From an archaeon (GTDB taxonomy: Archaea; AGJL01; Methanococci; Methanococcales; Methanocaldococcaceae), in NCBI GenBank assembly GCA_024278985.1, contig JAJRSC010000017.1, positions 1 through 55,873 on the forward strand: a stretch of DNA of 55,873 nucleotides. The letters are read 5' to 3'. The notes beneath the pieces are model-generated. The model had not been told where the DNA came from and did no database searches. It worked only from the letters and a program-made list of their open reading frames with translations. Within the stretch, counting starts at the first letter, position 1, and every line of letters begins with the position of its first letter. Positions 19,601 to 30,297 of the stretch are shown here, one piece after another. The position numbers and the translations under genes were made by a program.

Positions 19601-20611
19601 ATGGAAACCAAAGTTAAGGCTCATGTAGCCCCTTGGAAATTTGAGGAAGTTAAAACATTGAAGGGGCTTATTAAAAGTAAGCCAGTTGTGGCATTAGTAG
19701 ATATGATGGATGTTCCAGCTCCTCAACTTCAAGAGATTAGAGATAAAATTAGAGATAAAGTTAAGCTTAGAATGTCAAGAAATACATTAATAGAAAGAGC
19801 TATAAAAGAAGCTGCTCAAGAATTAAACAATCCAAAACTTGCTGAACTTGCAGATTATATTGAGAGAGGAGCTGCAATATTAGTTACTGATATGAATCCT
19901 TTTAAACTTTACAAGATGTTAGAAGAAAATAAAAGTCCTGCACCTGTAAAGGCTGGACAAATAGCACCTTGTGATATTAAAGTTGAAAAAGGACCTACTG
20001 GAATACCACCAGGACCATTTTTATCAGAATTGAAAAGGGCAGGAATTCCTGCAGCTATAGAAAAAGGTAAAATTGCTATAAAAGAGGATAAAGTTGTTGT
20101 AAAGAAGGGAGAAGTTGTTTCTCAGGATGTTGCAAATGTTTTAAACAAACTTGGAATTAAACCAGTTAAAGTAGGATTAAATATTTTAGCTGTTTATGAA
20201 GATGGAATAATCTACACACCTGAAACTTTAAAAGTAGATGAAGAAAAAATATTATCAGATATTCAGCAAGCATATCAGCATGCAATGAACTTAGCATTTA
20301 ATATTGCATATCCAGCAAAAGAAGTTTTACCATTACTTATACAAAAGGCATTTATCAATGCCAAAGCTGTTGCTGTTGAAGCATGTTATGTTACAAAAGA
20401 TACTGCTGCAGATGTCTTAGGAAAAGCATATGCTCAAGCATTAGCATTAGCATCTAAATTACCAGATGAAGCACTTGATGAAGAAATAAAACAAAAACTT
20501 TCTTCAACTCCTCAACAGGTAGAAACTAAAACAGAAGAGAAAAAAGAAGAAGAGAAGAAGGAAGAGAAGAAAGAGGAAGATGCTGTCAGTGGATTGGCTT
20601 TATTGTTCTAA
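19601..20611 (+). CDS. rpl10: 50S ribosomal protein L10 (P0)
   Basis: [29 protein letters not shown], acidic tail EEKKEE...GLALLF. Confidence 0.96.
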   Translation: METKVKAHVAPWKFEEVKTLKGLIKSKPVVALVDMMDVPAPQLQEIRDKIRDKVKLRMSRNTLIERAIKEAAQELNNPKLAELADYIERGAAILVTDMNPFKLYKMLEENKSPAPVKAGQIAPCDIKVEKGPTGIPPGPFLSELKRAGIPAAIEKGKIAIKEDKVVVKKGEVVSQDVANVLNKLGIKPVKVGLNILAVYEDGIIYTPETLKVDEEKILSDIQQAYQHAMNLAFNIAYPAKEVLPLLIQKAFINAKAVAVEACYVTKDTAADVLGKAYAQALALASKLPDEALDEEIKQKLSSTPQQVETKTEEKKEEEKKEEKKEEDAVSGLALLF

Positions 20612-20612
20612 C

Positions 20613-20626
20613 CGAAAATTATATAT
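20613..20626 (+). promoter_or_regulatory. candidate internal promoter for rpl12
   Basis: CGAAAA-TTATATAT immediately after the rpl10 stop, in a 94-nt spacer. Confidence 0.5.
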
Positions 20627-20705
20627 AATGTTTTTATAGATATTGAAACCTAAAATATTTTCTTAAATTTAATATATAAAATATGAAACACATGGAGGTG
20701 TAAAA

Positions 20706-21014
20706 ATGGAATATATATATGCAGCTTTATTATTACATGCAGCAGGAAAAGAAATAAATGAAGAAAACTTAAAGGCAGTTTTATCTGCTGCAGGAGTAGA
20801 AGTTGATGAGGCAAGAATTAAGGCATTAGTTGCAGGATTAGAAGGAGTAGATATAGATGAAGCAATAGCTAATGCAGCAATGCCAGTTGCAGCTGCACCT
20901 GTAGCTGCACCTGCTGCAGGAGAAGAAGAGAAGAAAGAAGAAGAGAAAAAAGAAGAGAAAAAAGAGGAAGATATTGGAGCAGCTGCTGCTGGATTGGCAG
21001 CTTTATTTGGATAA
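20706..21014 (+). CDS. rpl12: 50S ribosomal protein L12 (P1)
   Basis: [11 protein letters not shown], Ala-rich hinge, EEKKEE, GLAALFG. Confidence 0.97.
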   Translation: MEYIYAALLLHAAGKEINEENLKAVLSAAGVEVDEARIKALVAGLEGVDIDEAIANAAMPVAAAPVAAPAAGEEEKKEEEKKEEKKEEDIGAAAAGLAALFG

Positions 21015-21995
21015 ATCCTTTAACTTTATATATTCATTAATAGCTTCCCTTGTAGTTCCAACTACAACTCTTTTATAATCGTTATTTACTAATTCTAATT
21101 TTCCTCTAACAACTATTTTTTCTCCTTTAAATGCTTGTCCTGAATATGTATGTGTAAAAGAAACAACTTCTTTTATGCTATCATCATTATAACATTCTAT
21201 TTTATAAACTGCAGGATTATCAAAAATAAATGAATCATCTAAAACTTCTCCTTCAATCTTAATAAATCCTAAATTTTTATATTTTGTTCCATATTTTTCT
21301 TTTATATCTTTATATTCTCTTACATATAGTAAATCAAACATTGTATTATCAATAACTCCCCTGTTGTATTTTCTTTTTTCATAAAAAATAAACTCTTTAA
21401 ATGATAACTCATTATTTTTTATTCTCTTTTCATAAGCCTTTTTCCAAAAATCAACTGAGAGAGGATTAATTTTTTTGTCTTCTATTGCTTCTTTTAAGGC
21501 GTATCTTGCTTTATTAAAGTTTTCTCCATAAACAACAAAATCAATATCTGAATTATTAGATGATAAACCTATCAAGAGAGAGCCAGTAACACCCATACTA
21601 TATATTGAAACTCCATAATCTTCTAAAATTAAAGCCAACTTTCTACATTTTTCTTCAAGGGAATTTTTTGGATTATCTATAATTTCCAATAATTTATAAT
21701 TAGGATAATAAACATCTTCAACATCTTCCTTATTTATAGCATGCATAAGAACATCTATATTTTCATCAAAAAATAGATACTTTTTAAAATTATCTTCTAA
21801 AAATTTATATGCTGTTTCTGTATCTGGAATTTTTATATATTTTTTTCCATTAATTTCTCTTATTAATCCTTTAAAGTTTGCTAAGTCATAGGGAACATAT
21901 CTTAAAAAAGCATATATTTTATTTGGAGGATGAACATAAGAATTTACTGCAAAGTATAAACCTTCTATAGTTCTAATAAAATCTCTTATTCTCAT
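21003..21995 (-). CDS. predicted Pol-beta superfamily nucleotidyltransferase (COG1665-like)
   Basis: GVTGSLL.G....SDIDFVVYG; C-terminal OB-like segment. Confidence 0.7.
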   Translation of the reverse strand: MRIRDFIRTIEGLYFAVNSYVHPPNKIYAFLRYVPYDLANFKGLIREINGKKYIKIPDTETAYKFLEDNFKKYLFFDENIDVLMHAINKEDVEDVYYPNYKLLEIIDNPKNSLEEKCRKLALILEDYGVSIYSMGVTGSLLIGLSSNNSDIDFVVYGENFNKARYALKEAIEDKKINPLSVDFWKKAYEKRIKNNELSFKEFIFYEKRKYNRGVIDNTMFDLLYVREYKDIKEKYGTKYKNLGFIKIEGEVLDDSFIFDNPAVYKIECYNDDSIKEVVSFTHTYSGQAFKGEKIVVRGKLELVNNDYKRVVVGTTREAINEYIKLKDLSK

Positions 21996-23313
21996 ATCTC
22001 AACTCTCCCCCTATGTTTCTAATTATTTCTATAAACTTGGATTTTAATTTATTTAATTCATCTTTTTTATAGGAGTATATTCTAAATGTTACACTTTTAT
22101 ATCCATTTTTTATTTTATCTCCTTTGTAGATATCTATAATTTCAATATCAAAGATATTTTTTAACAACTCTAATATTATGTTTTCATCAATATTCTCCCT
22201 GAATAAAACAGAGATATCATAATATTTTTTTGGTAAATACTTATCTTTTAACTCCTTTAATTCAGAGTTAAAATAAATTTCACTTCTGAGTAGATTAAAT
22301 TTTTCTTCTTTACCATTTTTTTCTAATATTATATAGTCTCCTTCAACATTTTTTAATATTCCAAAATGTATATTTCCACTTTCTAAGTTTTTAACAGCTA
22401 TCTCTTTATTTATATTCTTCTTTAATCCTTCTATCTCTTTAGATAAAGCAAATAAGGCCTTATCTGAGTAATATATTCCTCTTTTTGCTTCACTACCAAA
22501 GTGTTTGGCAGCATCTTTCATAATCTTAACAAACTCTTCTCTATCTCTCTTTTTAACAATATTACTAATTTTCATAGCTTCATTTAAAAAAGTGTTATTA
22601 ATTTCCTCAATCCTTGGATTGAACATTTGTATATCTGCATATAAATAAGGATTTTGTCCTATAATTCTTCCAATGATAGAAAGCATAAGTTCATATATTG
22701 GAGATGCAAATTCTCTTGATTTTTTTATATCAACATTTAACTCTTTTAATGTAGATGCTAAAGATATAAAAGTAAAATGTGTTAAACCTTGAACAACTCC
22801 CATAATTTTATCATGCTCCTCAGGAGAAATAATAATAATCCTTGCCCCTTCTTCTTTTAAAAGATTATAAAGCCAATTAAACCACCTACTCTCCATATGT
22901 TTTTTAGAAGGAGTTAAAATAACTACTTGCCTCTCAAATGAGGGTGCAGTTGGCCCAAACATTGGATGAGTGGGAATAACAGTTACACCTTCTTTAGCAT
23001 ACTTTTCCATTGTTTTAGAAGGAATCTCTTTTATAGATGTTACATCCATTAATAAACAGCCCTTTCTAACATGGGGAGCAATCTCTTTAATAACTCTCTC
23101 AGTAACATTTATGGGAACAGAAACAATAACTACATCTCCCTCTTTTGCTGCTTTAATGTTATCATTTGTAAATTTAACTTTTAACTCCTCCTCTACTTTT
23201 TTTCCTTTTTCAACATCTCTCCCAGTTACAATAACATCAAATCCTTTATTTTTAAAAAATCTTGCTAACCACTTCCCTAATCCATCAGTTCCTCCAATAA
23301 TAGAAATTTTCAT
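21973..23313 (-). CDS. tyrA: prephenate dehydrogenase with long C-terminal extension
   Basis: MKISIIGGTDGLG, DVTSIK, HPMFGP, HD.IMGVVQGLTH; start set at ATG 23313. Confidence 0.9.
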   Translation of the reverse strand: MKISIIGGTDGLGKWLARFFKNKGFDVIVTGRDVEKGKKVEEELKVKFTNDNIKAAKEGDVVIVSVPINVTERVIKEIAPHVRKGCLLMDVTSIKEIPSKTMEKYAKEGVTVIPTHPMFGPTAPSFERQVVILTPSKKHMESRWFNWLYNLLKEEGARIIIISPEEHDKIMGVVQGLTHFTFISLASTLKELNVDIKKSREFASPIYELMLSIIGRIIGQNPYLYADIQMFNPRIEEINNTFLNEAMKISNIVKKRDREEFVKIMKDAAKHFGSEAKRGIYYSDKALFALSKEIEGLKKNINKEIAVKNLESGNIHFGILKNVEGDYIILEKNGKEEKFNLLRSEIYFNSELKELKDKYLPKKYYDISVLFRENIDENIILELLKNIFDIEIIDIYKGDKIKNGYKSVTFRIYSYKKDELNKLKSKFIEIIRNIGGELRYENKRFY

Positions 23314-23324
23314 TTTTCTCACTT

Positions 23325-23897
23325 TTATAAGATAATCCCTGGGAACATCATTATTATAAATAATGGAATAGCTACCACTACCCATATTAGTGGATTCCAA
23401 AGTATAACCTTGGAACCATCAAAGGGAGGTATTGGAATCATATTAAATCCAGCTAAATAAAAATTAATATATGCCCCAAATATTCCCAAAAAATGTAATG
23501 ATGTTGATATATTTGCTAATATTAAAAAAATAATTGCTAAACCAACATTAGTTAATGGCCCAGCTAAGGCAATTATACCACTTTCTTCAGGAGTTAAATA
23601 ATCTTTATAAATATATACAGCTCCAGGGGCTATAAAAGTAAATTTTAATATGATTTTTAATATTAAAGCAATTAATAAACCTTCATACCATGCTCTAAAC
23701 TCACTATATGCTCCAAAATATCTGGCAACAAATCTATGCATTAACTCATGAAATATAAACCCACTACCCACTGCAATTAAAGCAATAATAATATTTGACA
23801 AAGTTAAATATGGATAGGCAAAAATAATAGATATAATAATAACAGATACTAATAAATCAATTATTTCTCTTTGTGAAAATTTATATATATTACTCAT
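23325..23897 (-). CDS. M50-family Zn metalloprotease (site-2 protease-like)
   Basis: FHELMH, ALAGPLTN, FNMIPIPPFDGSK. Confidence 0.88.
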   Translation of the reverse strand: MSNIYKFSQREIIDLLVSVIIISIIFAYPYLTLSNIIIALIAVGSGFIFHELMHRFVARYFGAYSEFRAWYEGLLIALILKIILKFTFIAPGAVYIYKDYLTPEESGIIALAGPLTNVGLAIIFLILANISTSLHFLGIFGAYINFYLAGFNMIPIPPFDGSKVILWNPLIWVVVAIPLFIIMMFPGIIL

Positions 23898-23912
23898 AAT
23901 TTAAGCACCTCT

Positions 23913-26255
23913 TTATTTATATTCTGCAGTTAAAACTTCTCTAATTTTCTTAGCTCTTTCTTTTCCAACACCTTCAACTTCCATTAATTCCTCTTCTTTT
24001 GCAGTAAATACTCTCTCAACTGTCTTAAAATGCTTTAATAAATTTTTAGCCAAAGCACCTCCAACATCTGGAAGTGACTGAACAATAAATTCCTGTCTTT
24101 CTTTTAAAGATAAAGGCTTTTTTCCAGTTCTTATTATTATTGGTCTTTTCTCTTTTATCTGTTCCTTTTCAGCTATTTTTAAAATATAGTTTATAGTTTC
24201 ATTTATATCTTTTGTAAATATTATAGGTATTCCAAAATCTAAGATAACTGTTAAAATAGCACCAATAATTGCATTTTCATGTAATCTTTTTTTATAGTCA
24301 CCTTCAATTATTAAAATAGGTTTTTCATAATGATTTTTTAAACTTTTTAATTGATTAAATAATCTCTTATCTATAATAGACTCTATAAAATCATCCCCTG
24401 TTTTTCTTTCAATAACTACCCTATCACTTACAACATAATCACCAATTTCTAAAGATTTTATTTCAACATCTACCCCTTTCTCTAAAAAATACTTTGCAAT
24501 TCCCTTTTCTCTTACATCTACAACAATTTTTATATTTTTTATATTTTTGTTATTGTTATTCTTAGTTTCCTTCTCTTTTTCATCTTTTTTTATATTCTTA
24601 CTTTTTTCCTCAGCTAATTTTAAGAAATCTAATATTGTTTTTGGTTTTTTAGTTTCTTCCTTAGGAGTCTCTTTTTTTTCATTTTCAACTTTTTTTATTT
24701 CTACTATCTCAACCTTATCTCCTTCCAACTCTACAATTTTACCATATTTTTCTTCAAGTTTCTTTTTAGCAGTATTACATATAACTCTTAATATTTTTTT
24801 CATTTCTCTCTCTTTATAAAGAGCAGCTCTATAATAAGCTTCATCAGTTGTCCCTTTGGCTATAAGGACATAACAAACTCCTCCCTCTCCTCTCATTGCT
24901 CGACCTCTTCTTTGAATTAACCTAATCTCTGAAGGTACAGGCTCATAAAATATTATATAATTCACTGCTGGAATATCTATTCCTTCCTCTGAGACACTTG
25001 TAGAAACTAAAACATTACCCTCTTCTTCAAATTTTTTAATAGCTTCTATTTGTTCCTTTTGACTCATTCCTTTTCCATCTCTCCCAGCTTGACCAATAAA
25101 TTTAATTGCTTTGATATTTTCTTTCTGTAGGAGATTAACAATTTTATCAACAGTTGCCCTGTATTGTGTAAAAATAATTATTTTTTCATCCTTATTTCTC
25201 TCTAAAATTTTTTTTACTAATTCCAAAACTTTATTTAACTTTGGATGTTCTATTTTTATAAGTTTTAGATATTCAACAGCTCTCCTAATTTTTTCATCTT
25301 CTAAAATAGATTTTGCTGATTTACTTCTCTGTTCATTTAATTTTTCTATATAGTTGATAAAAATATCTTTCCCCTGACTTTCTAATAGCTCTTTACCATG
25401 CATTAACTTTAATACCTCTGAACAAACTCTAATTAAATAATACTTTATATTATCATCATAAGCAAATAATTTTGGCTGTAATTCTAATAAATCTGTTTTT
25501 GTAACTTGTATTGAATTAATTGCTCCATACTCTTTTAAAAATTTTAATCTTTCTTTTATAGCTTCATTAATAAGTTTTAAAGCTTTTTCAAATGGTTTAG
25601 GAAGTTCAACCCTTACAGGAATTAACTTAACTTTTGCAATATACTGCTTAACATCTTTATCATATTCATCTCTCAACTCAATATGTTTAATACCTAAGTT
25701 CTCACAAATTTCCATAACTTTATCAACATCTGCCCCTGGAGATGCTGTTAAAGCTAAAACATGACACTTATCTTTAAAATTTTTTGCTACAAAAGCATAG
25801 GCATGATTTCCAACTGTATGATGAGCTTCATCAGCAATAAATAAAACAAAATCATCTGGATTAATTCTTTTTGCTATTAAATCATTTTCTATAACCTGAG
25901 GAGTAGCAACTATTATTTTTGCCTTTTTATATAATGTTTCCCTTTTTTTAGGAGGAATTTTTCCAGTTATTGCTATTATTTCATCTTCATTGAAATTTAA
26001 TATTTCTTTGAGTCTTTTACAATGCTGCTCTACCAGAGGCCTTGTTGGTGCTAAAATTAAAACTTTACCATCTTTTTTAGATAAAATTCCTGCTATAACT
26101 AAAATAGCAATTGCTGTCTTCCCTAATCCTGTTGGAATAACACATAAAGTATTTTTTTTTAAAGCATTAGCTGCTATCAGCTGCTGATATAATCTTGCCT
26201 CTAACTTGTTTGGTTTTATTAATGGATGTTCTATATACATAATTATCAAACTCAT
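23913..26255 (-). CDS. hef: Hef helicase/ERCC4 nuclease
   Basis: RLYQ, PTGLGKT, DEAHH, TASPG, QRRGR; VDVRE, GDY, IERK ERCC4 domain; tandem HhH. Confidence 0.93.
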   Translation of the reverse strand: MSLIIMYIEHPLIKPNKLEARLYQQLIAANALKKNTLCVIPTGLGKTAIAILVIAGILSKKDGKVLILAPTRPLVEQHCKRLKEILNFNEDEIIAITGKIPPKKRETLYKKAKIIVATPQVIENDLIAKRINPDDFVLFIADEAHHTVGNHAYAFVAKNFKDKCHVLALTASPGADVDKVMEICENLGIKHIELRDEYDKDVKQYIAKVKLIPVRVELPKPFEKALKLINEAIKERLKFLKEYGAINSIQVTKTDLLELQPKLFAYDDNIKYYLIRVCSEVLKLMHGKELLESQGKDIFINYIEKLNEQRSKSAKSILEDEKIRRAVEYLKLIKIEHPKLNKVLELVKKILERNKDEKIIIFTQYRATVDKIVNLLQKENIKAIKFIGQAGRDGKGMSQKEQIEAIKKFEEEGNVLVSTSVSEEGIDIPAVNYIIFYEPVPSEIRLIQRRGRAMRGEGGVCYVLIAKGTTDEAYYRAALYKEREMKKILRVICNTAKKKLEEKYGKIVELEGDKVEIVEIKKVENEKKETPKEETKKPKTILDFLKLAEEKSKNIKKDEKEKETKNNNNKNIKNIKIVVDVREKGIAKYFLEKGVDVEIKSLEIGDYVVSDRVVIERKTGDDFIESIIDKRLFNQLKSLKNHYEKPILIIEGDYKKRLHENAIIGAILTVILDFGIPIIFTKDINETINYILKIAEKEQIKEKRPIIIRTGKKPLSLKERQEFIVQSLPDVGGALAKNLLKHFKTVERVFTAKEEELMEVEGVGKERAKKIREVLTAEYK

Positions 26256-26274
26256 TATTTAAAATTTTAAATAA

Positions 26275-27462
26275 TTAAAATTCTTCAAATTCCTGATTTC
26301 TTCTTTTTCTTCTTATAATATATAATATAAAAATTATAACAATTACTCCAATAACTAAATAGATAGGGTTTAATGTTTCTTGTTTTTCTGATTTTTTAAC
26401 TTGTATATTAAATACTTTTGTAATATTATAGAAATTATGATAATCATCAAAATATGTTACTCTTACTTTAATTGGAATTTTTCCAAATTCATAAATGTCA
26501 AAAACTGAAGTATCATAATCATCTTCATCCAAATCTCCTATATATCTTGTATAATTTTTTCCATTTACTGTTAATGTCATAACACAATGCCTAAGCTTTG
26601 AAGACCCTCTATTTGCAATTCCAATAGTTATTTCTACATAATTCCCTTTATTTCTTACATCATCTAAGTAAATATATGGTTGATTTTTATAAATCTTTTT
26701 TAAAACTCTTATATTCAAAGGGATAGTTTGATTATATTGACTTCCATCCTCTCCAATCCAAAATAATTTTGCATTAATTGAATATATTCCATCTTCAATT
26801 TCTGGAGTAGCATATATTTTTATTGGGATGACATATTGATTACCTGCTTTTAGACATCCAATAAAAATTGAACTACCTCCTAAAATGTTAATTTTATCAT
26901 TTCCAATTAAATAGAGATTTAAATATTTTGCATCTCCAGTTCCAACATTTTTTATATCTAATTTTATAGTTTCAGTTTTTCCAGGAATTATTGAAGTATC
27001 GTTTATATTTAATTGAAAACTTGCTACCCCATAAACAGGAAGATAATAAACTTTAGTAAGTTCATAGTGATGAATTATTTTTTCCCCATTTTCTTTCTCA
27101 ACCTCATCATAACTTACTTTTACATCTATCCTATAATCTCTTGAAGGAGCATTTTCATCAACATGTAATTTAAAATATACTGTATCTGATTCTCCAGGAT
27201 TTAAATGGCTAATTATAGCCTTTCCCTTAATGGGATTAACTTGTTTTAGTTCAAAAGGATAATGTGGAGTTATTTCAACTACTACATTTTCAACTTCATT
27301 ATCATAATTATTATTGGTTATTTTAACCCATAAATCTACATCATCCCCAGGATGAATAATATTTGGCTGGTATTGAATTTCATCTATTTGGATAGCAGAG
27401 ATTGAAGATAATCCTACAAACATCAAAATTATTAAAAATTTTTTAAACATCATATCCCTCAA
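26275..27462 (-). CDS. S-layer-domain (COG1361-like) membrane-anchored protein
   Basis: Signal peptide, three Ig-like repeats (P..IHPGD, L.PGES, N.G...A), C-terminal TM helix plus RRKRR. Confidence 0.75.
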   Translation of the reverse strand: MRDMMFKKFLIILMFVGLSSISAIQIDEIQYQPNIIHPGDDVDLWVKITNNNYDNEVENVVVEITPHYPFELKQVNPIKGKAIISHLNPGESDTVYFKLHVDENAPSRDYRIDVKVSYDEVEKENGEKIIHHYELTKVYYLPVYGVASFQLNINDTSIIPGKTETIKLDIKNVGTGDAKYLNLYLIGNDKINILGGSSIFIGCLKAGNQYVIPIKIYATPEIEDGIYSINAKLFWIGEDGSQYNQTIPLNIRVLKKIYKNQPYIYLDDVRNKGNYVEITIGIANRGSSKLRHCVMTLTVNGKNYTRYIGDLDEDDYDTSVFDIYEFGKIPIKVRVTYFDDYHNFYNITKVFNIQVKKSEKQETLNPIYLVIGVIVIIFILYIIRRKRRNQEFEEF

Positions 27463-27548
27463 AATCTTTTATTACTGCTATATAACATTATAATTAATAA
27501 TTATAATATATAATAGTATAATAGTTATAATATATTAAGGGGAAATTT

Positions 27549-28736
27549 ATGAAAGTTGAAGATATTGTTATTTTTGCATTAAAAAATATAAAACAAAAAA
27601 GAACTCAAAGTTTATTAACAATCATTGGAGTTGTAATTGGAGTTTTGGCAATGGTTGTTTTAATATCTTTAGGTTATGGTGTTCAAAATTATATACATGA
27701 AGAAATGATGAAAATGGGTTCAAATAAAATAACTATTCTTCCAACAAAACAGTTGGGAATTCCTCCCTCACATTTATTTACCAAAAAAGATGTTAAAGCT
27801 GTTGAAAATGTTAAAGGTGTTGATACAGTTGTGTATGGTTGGTATGGTGGATGTGAAATAGAATATGATGGTGAAAAAAGATTTGTATCCTACTATTATG
27901 CAACTCCATCAAGATTAAAAAAAGTTTATGAAAATAGTGGTTATAGTATTGAAAGTGGTAGATGGTTAGAAGATAATGATAAATATGCATGTATTATAGG
28001 TTATGGAACAGCTCATAACTTATTTGATAGAGAAATAAAAGTTGGTGATGTAATAAAAATTAAAAATAAAAAATTTAGAGTTGTTGGAATTTTAAAAGAA
28101 GTAGGAAATCAGCAGGATGATAATTCAGTTATTTTAAATATAAATGTTGGAGAAAAACTGTTTGGAAATGAGGGAAAATATAACTTTATCATTGCATCAG
28201 TAAAAGAAGGGGAAGATGTTGAAAAGGTTTCAGAAGATATTAAAAAAGCTCTAAAAAAATCTTTTGGAGATGAAGAGTTTTCTGTTTTAACAGCAGAATA
28301 GTTAGCAAAAACTGTTAATTCAGTTCTTGGTGCTATAACAATATTTGTTGTTGGAGTTGCAGCTATTTCATTATTGGTTGGGGCTGTTGGCATCTCAAAC
28401 ACTATGCATATGAGTATTTTAGAAAGAAGGAAAGATATAGGAATATTAAAGGCTTTGGGAGCAGAAACAACAGATATTTTAGCAATATTTATTATTGAGT
28501 CTGGATTTTTAGGATTATTTGGAGGAGTTATTGGTTTAATTTTGGGAATTTTATTAGCAAAAGGTATTGAAATAGTTGCTCATAAAATGGGTTATTTAAT
28601 GGTTAATGCCTATATCTCTTATGAGTTAATTGTTGGAATTTTAGCATTTTCATTTTTAGTTGGTGTTATTAGTGGTTATTTCCCAGCAAAAAGTGGAGCT
28701 AAATTAAATCCAATAGAGACATTGAGAGGGGAATAG
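27549..28736 (+). pseudogene. MacB/FtsX-type ABC permease interrupted by an in-frame TAG at 28299-28301
   Basis: ORFs 27549-28301 and 28374-28736 share a frame. Reading through gives ...SVLTAE*LAKTVNSVLGAITIFVVGVAAISLLVGAVGISNTM...ERRKDIGILKALGA, about 395 aa. Confidence 0.8.
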
Positions 28737-28739
28737 ACT

Positions 28740-29414
28740 TTGATAAGAGCTGAAAATGTTTGGAAAATTTATGGAAGAGGAGAGGCAAAAACAATAGCCT
28801 TAAAAAATATTAATTTGGAAATTGAAGAGGGAGAGTTTGTTATGATAAGAGGACCCTCTGGATGTGGAAAATCCACATTATTAAATATTTTGGCTCTTTT
28901 AGATGTTCCAACAAAGGGAGAAGTTTATTATAAAGGAAGAAAAACAAGTTTAATGAGTGAAAATAAGAAAGCAATTTTTAGGAGAAAAATAAGTGGATTT
29001 ATTTTTCAGCAATTTCATTTAATAAAAACATTAACAGCTTTAGAAAATGTTGAACTTCCAATGATATTAGACGAGAAAGATAAATATTATAGGAGAAAAA
29101 GAGCAAAAAAATTATTAGAAATGGTTGGTTTAGAAAATAGATTAAATCACTATCCTCATCAACTAAGTGGAGGACAACAGCAAAGAGTAGCAATAGCAAG
29201 AGCTTTAGCCAACAACCCTAAAATAATATTTGCTGATGAACCAACAGGAAATTTAGATAGTAAAAGTGGAATTACTGTTATGGAAATGTTAAAAGAATTA
29301 AATGAGAAAGGAATAACAATAATTATGGTAACTCATGAACAAGAATTAGAAAGATATGCTTCAAAGATTATTAAATTGAGAGATGGAGAAATTATAGAAA
29401 TTGTTAAGAAATAG
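28740..29414 (+). CDS. ABC transporter ATP-binding protein (LolD/MacB type)
   Basis: GPSGCGKST, LSGGQQQRVAIARAL, ADEPTGNLD, VTH. Confidence 0.93.
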   Translation: MIRAENVWKIYGRGEAKTIALKNINLEIEEGEFVMIRGPSGCGKSTLLNILALLDVPTKGEVYYKGRKTSLMSENKKAIFRRKISGFIFQQFHLIKTLTALENVELPMILDEKDKYYRRKRAKKLLEMVGLENRLNHYPHQLSGGQQQRVAIARALANNPKIIFADEPTGNLDSKSGITVMEMLKELNEKGITIIMVTHEQELERYASKIIKLRDGEIIEIVKK

Positions 29415-29418
29415 TTTT

Positions 29419-30297
29419 TTAGATATATTTTGATAATACTATATTATCCCCAACCTTAACATTTAAATTTTCAGCAACAGGATTACACTTAGCTTTTAAA
29501 ATAAAATAAACTTTTTTATCCAATTTATACTCTGGTAAACTTTCATAATTTCCCATACCTTTAGCAATAATAATATCTGAACTTTTTAATTCTTCTTTAA
29601 ATTCTTCTGAACATTCTTCTAATAAGATTCCTATAACATCTAAACCAGTAGTTATAACTCTTGCTACCTTATCAATTCCTGCAAAAATAGCATCCTCCAT
29701 AGTAGCATCATTTAAAATAGGTTTTCCTTTAACTACTGCTACAACTTCTTTATTATATTTTTTAATTTCTTCTATTAGAAGTCTATCAAAAATTATTTCT
29801 CCTGCATTATCACATATATATAAAACCTTCTTAACATTTGGATTTTTTAAATCATTTAATAACTCATTACTATGGTCTATAGTTAGGTCTTCATTTAATG
29901 TCTTTAAAATTAACTTTTCAAAATCTACATTTGTACTGTAAGCTCCAAAATCGATAACATTTCCTGCTATAGTGGCTAAGATAATTTTTTTTAATCTTTG
30001 ATAGTCATCGTTAATATTACACTGTTGTCTAACAAAATCTAAATATTTCATAGCTATGTTATTTGCTCTTTCTTTTAATCTTTTATATGGGTCCGGACAC
30101 ATAGAGATTTCTTTAAGATATCTATGAACTTTAGTACCCATCCATGCGGGTACTACATTTTCTCCATAGTTTTCTTTTATAACATCAAAACATTCCTTTA
30201 TATATTTAAATTGTAGTTTTTCATTAGAAGTTATTTCTTTACATGCATCTACCACTTGCCTAACTATACAGATAGCACATTCTGGTTTAATTTTCAA
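29419..30297 (-). CDS. DUF89/ARMT1-family damage-control phosphatase
   Basis: ECAIC, DPYK..K, GNVIDFG, DNAGE..FD, LNDAT, AKGMGNYE, KAKC. Confidence 0.88.
   Translation of the reverse strand: MKIKPECAICIVRQVVDACKEITSNEKLQFKYIKECFDVIKENYGENVVPAWMGTKVHRYLKEISMCPDPYKRLKERANNIAMKYLDFVRQQCNINDDYQRLKKIILATIAGNVIDFGAYSTNVDFEKLILKTLNEDLTIDHSNELLNDLKNPNVKKVLYICDNAGEIIFDRLLIEEIKKYNKEVVAVVKGKPILNDATMEDAIFAGIDKVARVITTGLDVIGILLEECSEEFKEELKSSDIIIAKGMGNYESLPEYKLDKKVYFILKAKCNPVAENLNVKVGDNIVLSKYI

Noticed and set aside
20530-20975. GAAGAGAA(A/G)AAA repeats in rpl10 and rpl12
   Set aside because: They encode the normal EEKKEE acidic stalk tails and are not a DNA repeat element.
23314-23400. N-terminal extensions in the ORF track for tyrA (likewise trpC 31329, fprA 51948, nac 14215, roadblock 16149)
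   Set aside because: Downstream starts match the family N-termini and mostly have better-placed RBS motifs; several of the extensions overlap upstream genes.
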